This document shows positions 58,001 through 64,000 of a DNA stretch of 64,000 nucleotides, one piece after another. Every line of letters begins with the position of its first letter. Positions within the stretch are counted from its first letter, which is position 1. Both the position numbers and the translations under genes were made by a program. The DNA lies in assembly GCA_964016885.1 (NCBI GenBank), contig OZ024743.1, forward strand, positions 198,090,001 to 198,154,000, read 5' to 3'. Below the pieces are notes generated by a model, which was given only the letters and a program-made list of their open reading frames with translations, searched no databases and was not told the origin of the DNA. The DNA comes from Eledone cirrhosa (Eukaryota).

Positions 58001-58519
58001 AGTTCAAAACGCCTGAGCAGGTTGTGAGACTCTTGCACCCTGCTCCCCTATCCACTAATACCACACAATCCCAGCGTGCATCTAAGATCCCGTTCCAGTC
58101 GCCCACTAACACTAAAGAGCGGGACGTTCCAAGAAAGGTCTCCAGACTCCGGAAGAAATCAGGCCGCCCTGCTCCTGTCGGGGCATAGACGGCCCCTAAC
58201 CTGAAAGCTTGCCCGTCTCCACTGGTCACATCCAGCACCACCAACTTACCTTCTGGGTCCAGGAAGATGGCCCGTATGGCAAGATCCAAACCTCTCCGAA
58301 AAAGCACAGCAACTCCTTCTCCGATCCCGGACGGCTGGGAGATGCGTACACATCGTAGCCGCCGAAGATCGGTGAGAAGGCCCGTGCATCGGAGATTCTG
58401 GTCTCGCTGATGGCCACTACATCTATGTTTAGTGACCTGAGGTCGTTGAGCAGGTGACCCTGCTTCCATGACGACCCCAAGCCACGCGCATTTTTACTGC
58501 CTATTCTGAGTGAGGTCAT
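55080..58519 (-). pseudogene. Tx1 ORF2 (APE endonuclease, RT, CCHC), frameshifted
   Basis: NARGL, AISETR, VYAPT, VGDWN, SYLDR, TDHK, GPGYWKLN, KSPGLDGLPYELY, LDQPKAIDRVDH, QGCPLS, AYADD, GGLGMP, RCAQGDETALHALVQCP. Confidence 0.9.
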
Positions 58520-58553
58520 GTTGAAAAGGAGTGGAAAAGATGGGAAAGACCAC

Positions 58554-60523
58554 TTACCTTACTTCTCGTAGAGGAAGGACGGTTTTTCCACCCTTTTCAC
58601 TGCTTGTGGCCTCCTCAGGAAGGATCTCCTTATAAATCCTCCCGGAGAGTGCTTGTCCGAAGTCTCCGATGTCTTTGGGGAATTTTTGTTTTAGTGTCAT
58701 GTACGTTTTCTGTGTGATGCGAGTGATTTCTATGTGTGGAGGTGGTGTGAATTTTTGGGTTGTTGTGTAGTCTTTTTCTGTGATGCTGGTGTTGTGTTGG
58801 ATGTAGTGTAATAATTGGTTGTTGTTCAAATTTAATGCTGTGTAGTGTGTATCGTTTTTGTTGTTTTGTTTTGCTTGCGTTTGTTGTGGGTTTGTTTCTG
58901 TTTTGCATTTTGGTGACTTTTGTGGTGTAGGTGATGGTAGTGTTGGGGTTAATGATGGTGATGGTGTTGGTGTTTGGGATGATGGGGTTTGTGATGCTGG
59001 TGTTGATGGTGGCATATCTGTCCTAACCTTTTTGTTTGTTAATTTATTTGTTTCCCTCTGTATTTTGTTTTTGGAGGGGGAAGGAAGAGAATTTTTTCTT
59101 TTTTGGTTTCTTTTTTTCTTTTTTCCTGATACCGTTTCCCACTCCTCGTCATCACAATCTGTCTCCAGTTGTGATAGGCTGGGGAGTGGAAAATCCTCCA
59201 CAGGCGTTAGTTTTGGTTGTGGCGTGGTGGATGGTGTAGGCGCTGGTGTTAGTTCTGAAGCGTTGGGTGGTGGTGGTGTTGGTTTTGCTACTGTTGTTGG
59301 GGTTGTTGCTGTTATAGTTGCTTCTGTTGTTGCTGCTACAGTTGTTGCTGCCATCTCTGCTACTGGTAGTGTTGATGGTTGAGTCACTGGGGTGGGTAAG
59401 AGAGGTGCCCTCCACCTTTTATCCTGAGGGCAGAAAGCCCTTAGGTGGGTTCCTTCACCACAAACGACACACCTAGGCCTTCTGCCCTCGGCGATTACGG
59501 TGAGGTGGCTGCCGTCAGTGAGGTCTATTACCTCTGGGATCTCCTCAATGCTTCTTTGCTCCGCTTGGATCAGGAGCTCCATCCCAGATCCGGACCAGTT
59601 CTCCTGCTTTACTTTTGCTATTGCTATTATCTTTGTGTTGGCTTCGATGCCGGCGAGGACGGCTGCTATTATCCAGGGAGTTTCGATGGCCGGTGGAACG
59701 TGGGTCACCCTGATCTTTACGAGTCTCTGGCCACAATAGCTTGGGACGAGTGTGAAGTCATCTCTTCTTAATGGGCCATGGAGTGTTCTCTAGCCTCCTC
59801 TGGTGTTTCAAAGAACATGTCCACGGTTCCATACTTCTGCCCTCGTCTGATGTGTGTTTTTCTTGCCCACACATGTCCCAAAGCTTTTTGGATTTGGGAC
59901 TCGGATGCCCGTTCCACTCGGCGCGATTTTACATTAATTGTTCTATACGACACGGTGCATAGGCGCCGATGCTCCATTTTATTAGGTGGGGGTGGGGGGA
60001 GGCTGACCCTGTACCCATCTTTCTTTACCATTTTTTTGGCATTTTCTAATTCCTCCTGAGTTACCGTAAATTCTTCGCACTGTTTTGCTACTCTGGCAAA
60101 ACTCAGGGTTGTTTTTTTAATGTCATTGTTGCTGTTGTTGTTATCGTTATTTGTGTTATTATTAATTTTAGTTTCAGTTGTGGTGGTGGTGACGTCAGTG
60201 GTGTTCGGTGTGGAAGAGTTCATTTTGGTTGAAAACATTTCGACATCACGAGTTGATTTATTTTTTCCTTTTGTTTCTGTTGTCGCGGTGGTGGTGGGGG
60301 TGCTAGTTGTCGCGGTGGTGGTGGTGGTGGTGGCTGCTTTAAGACCTGCAGTCATTCGTAATGGCGGGAAATGAATGTCTGCCTGAGACAAATTTAAAAT
60401 ATTGCAACTGATTAAATTTTTTTTGTTGGCAAACGTAGTAATATTTACAATGGTGGTGTCGGTGTGAGGTGTTAGTTTGTGAGGAAGGCTCTCAGCTGCT
60501 TGGTGCAGAGGTGAATTAGCCAT
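58554..60523 (-). pseudogene. Tx1 ORF1 (gag-like, zinc knuckle), one frame break near 59770
   Basis: SFARVAK, CX2CX4HX4C knuckle CVVCGEGTHLRAFC, WETVSGKKKKR. Confidence 0.8.
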
Positions 60524-60732
60524 TTTTTTTTCAAAGAAATTTTTTGATAATCATAAAAGTTTAAATTTTGGGCACAAGGCCCCAATCTTTTTGGGTGTCC
60601 TTTTCGGAAAACAATGTATGTGCGCTTATAAACAGTGAACAATAAAATTTTCCATAAATGGCAATTTTTAACAAACGGAAATAACAAACCTTTGCGGAGC
60701 TCACGTTGATACGATTTACTACGTAGGTCGCC

Positions 60733-60806
<74 letters not shown>

Positions 60807-61645
60807 GGGAAGAAGACGCACGAGGTGGTAGAAGGTCATGAAATCGCTCCCGTAAGTTTTTGATTTTTAACATATTTAAATCAATTGTGAAATAACAATT
60901 CTTAGTACAAATGTTGCATAATCCACCGAATGAAGTCCCATAAAATTTCGGATCCATATTATATTGTTATATCGCTCAAATATTCAATTTTGTATTATAT
61001 ATTTTGTATTCAAAAAAAGAAAATGGTTATAAATGGAAGAAAACACCCTCTGTCTACACTATATAGAACAGCCAAATAACAGCAATTTCACCAACACCAG
61101 AAAGTTGATACACCACCTATCCCATCACACTAAATATAACAGCCAGATAACGGCAATTTCACCACCACCACCACCATCAATCCCGGCATGATAATAATAA
61201 TTACTATTATTATTGTCTCAAATTTTAACAAAATGTTTAATTCCAATTTTACGGGAATATGTCAACACAATATATATTAAACATACGAACACAACTCATA
61301 GATACTACTATCACAAAAGCCACCGCCGCCACCACCCCATCCATCATCTTGCTACCACTATCCCATCGCCGCCGCCACCACTCCTTCATTGCTACCACCA
61401 CTATTCCCCTGTTAACTTGAGAGAGAAAGGGGAAGGTGGCGGTATCACTAGACAAGGGAGAGGCTAGCAAAAGATATAAATAGATTGACTTAGTGATCTG
61501 GCCACCGGCCAAACGTTAACATCAACAACTATGGGACTGCTGGCTCACCCCTTCCTCACCAACAATATAAAAAGCCCCGGCACCACCACCGACATAGCCA
61601 ACAACAATAACAGGAAAACTACAGCAAAAAGTATATTATATTATT

Positions 61646-61696
61646 GTAATGCACTGGGTGATTGCTGGCCTTGTGCCTGAAGTGGAGACAATTATT
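61646..61696 (+). mobile_element. SINE family A 3' tail fragment
   Basis: gtaatgcactgggtgattgctggccttgtgcctgaagtggagacaattatt. Confidence 0.7.
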
Positions 61697-61780
61697 AATA
61701 ATTTCATTCTTAAGCCACGCAATGCTCACATTAAGGAACCACTCATGATAATAACAATTTAAAAAAACAACAAAAAGAAA

Positions 61781-64000
61781 ACCCCGTGACCAAGAAATAC
61801 CGGGATGGCGGCCGGCGGGGAATAGCCGTGTCTCTAGGGGAGAACGACCCCTCTAGTCTTGGTTGACACTCGTTCTAGAAGTGGTAACACGAAATGATTA
61901 CCCCTTGGCGGATAAGGATAAAACGCGACAAAATAAAGTAAATGTCTAATGATAAAATCTCATACCGGATCGGCCGTCACCCGGGTAAAAAAGGGTCGCG
62001 TCCCTCAGAGAGGAACCAGACTGGGGTCGAAAAATCAGCTAATGGTTCAAACCTTCCCATCACTTCGGAGCTGGAGACCTCCCATAACCGGAATACTCCT
62101 ACTGTTGGCCCTCCATGCTCACCACCAAGAAATCCAAAGAAAAAGAGAGAGAAATGGTCAAGGGAAGATAATAAAGAAGTCCTTGAGGCTTTCTACACTG
62201 CCATGTACTACCCATCAAATAAATCGAATACAGAACACACATATATCAACTGGAAAAAGAAACATCCCGAAAACAGAGGCTATATTGACAGTAACAAACT
62301 AGCCAATATACGAAGAAATATTGTAAGAAAAAAGTTACTAACTGATATAGAAATTGATCAGATCAAGCTATTAGCACAAAGTCAGCGAAGGGAAAATGAA
62401 ACATGTGTAAGTGAAAACGAGGTAAACTGTAACACTTCGAACCCCAGGGTTGGGGCGGAATCACTGGCAACAGAACAAATTAAAGTAAGGATCAAAAAAG
62501 TGGAGGGAGTGCATGTTCAGGATGAAACTCCAAATGAAAATAATGAGATCGTAAATGATAAAGAAATGAATGAGAATGAACTTGCCAACTTGAAGGATGA
62601 AATTATGATCGAATGGATGAAAATGAAAGAATCTGACATGGGACAACGAGACACCCTCCCTAAGATCCAGAACTCCAAACAGAACCAAAAGACTAACATA
62701 ATTCTCAAAAACATTATCATCACAAACAAACTAAACATTACTGATTTAAATCATCTCTATTATGCATCGGCTAAAGTCACCACTCACTTATGTGGAGTGA
62801 AGATGAAAAAACAAAGGAATTCCCACAAGAAATCTACTTGGCAAGAGAACATCAATCGCCAAATAAACCTTCTCCGATCTGACATAGAAATTTTAACAAA
62901 CTATAAAGTAGGTGAACATGTTAAACAAACTAAACTTAGAAAATTGAAAAAAAAGTACAATATAAAATCAACATGTGACATAGACATGCTGATAGAAATA
63001 ATCAAGCAAAAAGTGTCGCCCAAAGCTGCTCGTATAAGGCGCTTTGAAAAACGATCTAGATTCTATAAGGACAATAATATGTTCAAAAACAACCAAAGAA
63101 ACTTCTACAGAAAAATTGGTAAGTCAACAATAACTGCTAAATCAATACCACCCAAGGAGGAAGTGCAAGAATTCTGGGAAAAGATTTGGGCCGAAGAAAA
63201 AGTTCATAACATACATGCCCCATGGATAGACAGACAAATGAAAGATACAGCTCACCTTGAGGAACAAATATGGGAAAATATAACAGTTGAACAGTTGCGC
63301 TTGGCTCTAAGAAAAACCAGCAAATGGAAATCCCCAGGAAAAGACAAAATACAAAACTTTTGGATAAATGCCTTCACAGAGTCTCATGAGCTGTTAGCCC
63401 AACTTTACAATGAAATAGTTAAGGAGCCAGAAAAGATACCATCATGGCTAGTTAACGGCATTACATTCCTGCTTCCGAAGAATGATGAGACAAACAATCC
63501 CCAAAAGTACAGACCGATAACTTGCTTGACCACAATGTATAAAATTTTAACATCAGTCCTAACAGAATAACCTGATAACAAATGACCTATTTCCCATTGA
63601 GCAGAAAGGGTGTAAACGAGGCTCATATGGCTGTAAGGATCAGCTTCTGGTTAACAAAATGATACTGGAAGATTGTCATAATAGACACAAAAATCTATCG
63701 ATTGCTTGGATAGATTATAAAAAAGCATTCGATAGTTTGCCACACAGTTGGATTGAAAAATGTTTAGGGATTTTCAAAATATCCCCCGATGTCAGGAGGT
63801 TTTTGTCATTCAGTATGAAGACATGGAAAACGACACTCCTTTTGAATAGTGAAACAAAATCACTGGAAGCTGGAGAAGTTAATATTAATTGTGGAATTTT
63901 TCAGGGTGACTCTTTATCACCGCTTTTATTCTGCATCGAACTTATACCATTAAGTAAAATGCTCAATGAAACAAAACATGGATATAAAGTCTATGACAAA
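61781..64000 (+). mobile_element. Second, distinct R4/Dong-clade non-LTR retrotransposon (5' part; runs off the window)
   Basis: ORF 61942-63570 has Myb-like KWSREDNKEVLEAFY, WKSPGKDKIQNFW and YRPITCLTTMYK. After a disruption: [41 protein letters not shown]. Confidence 0.92.

Larger units (their letters stand above)
54864..60732 (-). mobile_element. Tx1/L1-clade LINE, apparently full length, flanked by (ATT)n arrays
   Basis: ORF1 and ORF2 listed separately. (AAT)n at 54817-54863 and 60733-60806. Confidence 0.9.

Noticed and set aside
58858-60374. Plus-strand Val/Gly-rich ORFs
   Set aside because: Antisense shadows of the Thr/Pro-rich Tx1 ORF1.

Overview
AT-rich, microsatellite-saturated eukaryotic DNA with a 200-N scaffold gap. 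The SINE families and repeat landscape suggest an octopus/cephalopod (inference). I found no supportable host protein-coding gene, and nearly all short ORFs in the track are translated microsatellites. The window holds retroelements: a near-intact Naiad-type Penelope-like element (PLE; RT plus GIY-YIG, one in-frame TGA, 4457-8357 minus), two R4/Dong-type REL non-LTR elements, a full-length Tx1/L1-clade element in an (ATT)n array, RTE fragments, and two tRNA-derived SINE families. The most striking layer is a set of small non-coding insertions in (TA)n arrays. They come from several unrelated families, are built as long fold-backs or circularly permuted tandem units, and carry type-I hammerhead ribozyme (HHR) motifs, including U3-A8 core variants with covariation between copies. 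In two independent elements the 5' inversion junction coincides with the predicted ribozyme cleavage site. Together this points to a PLE-driven, retrozyme-like system. All RNA folds were derived by eye and need computational and biochemical confirmation.
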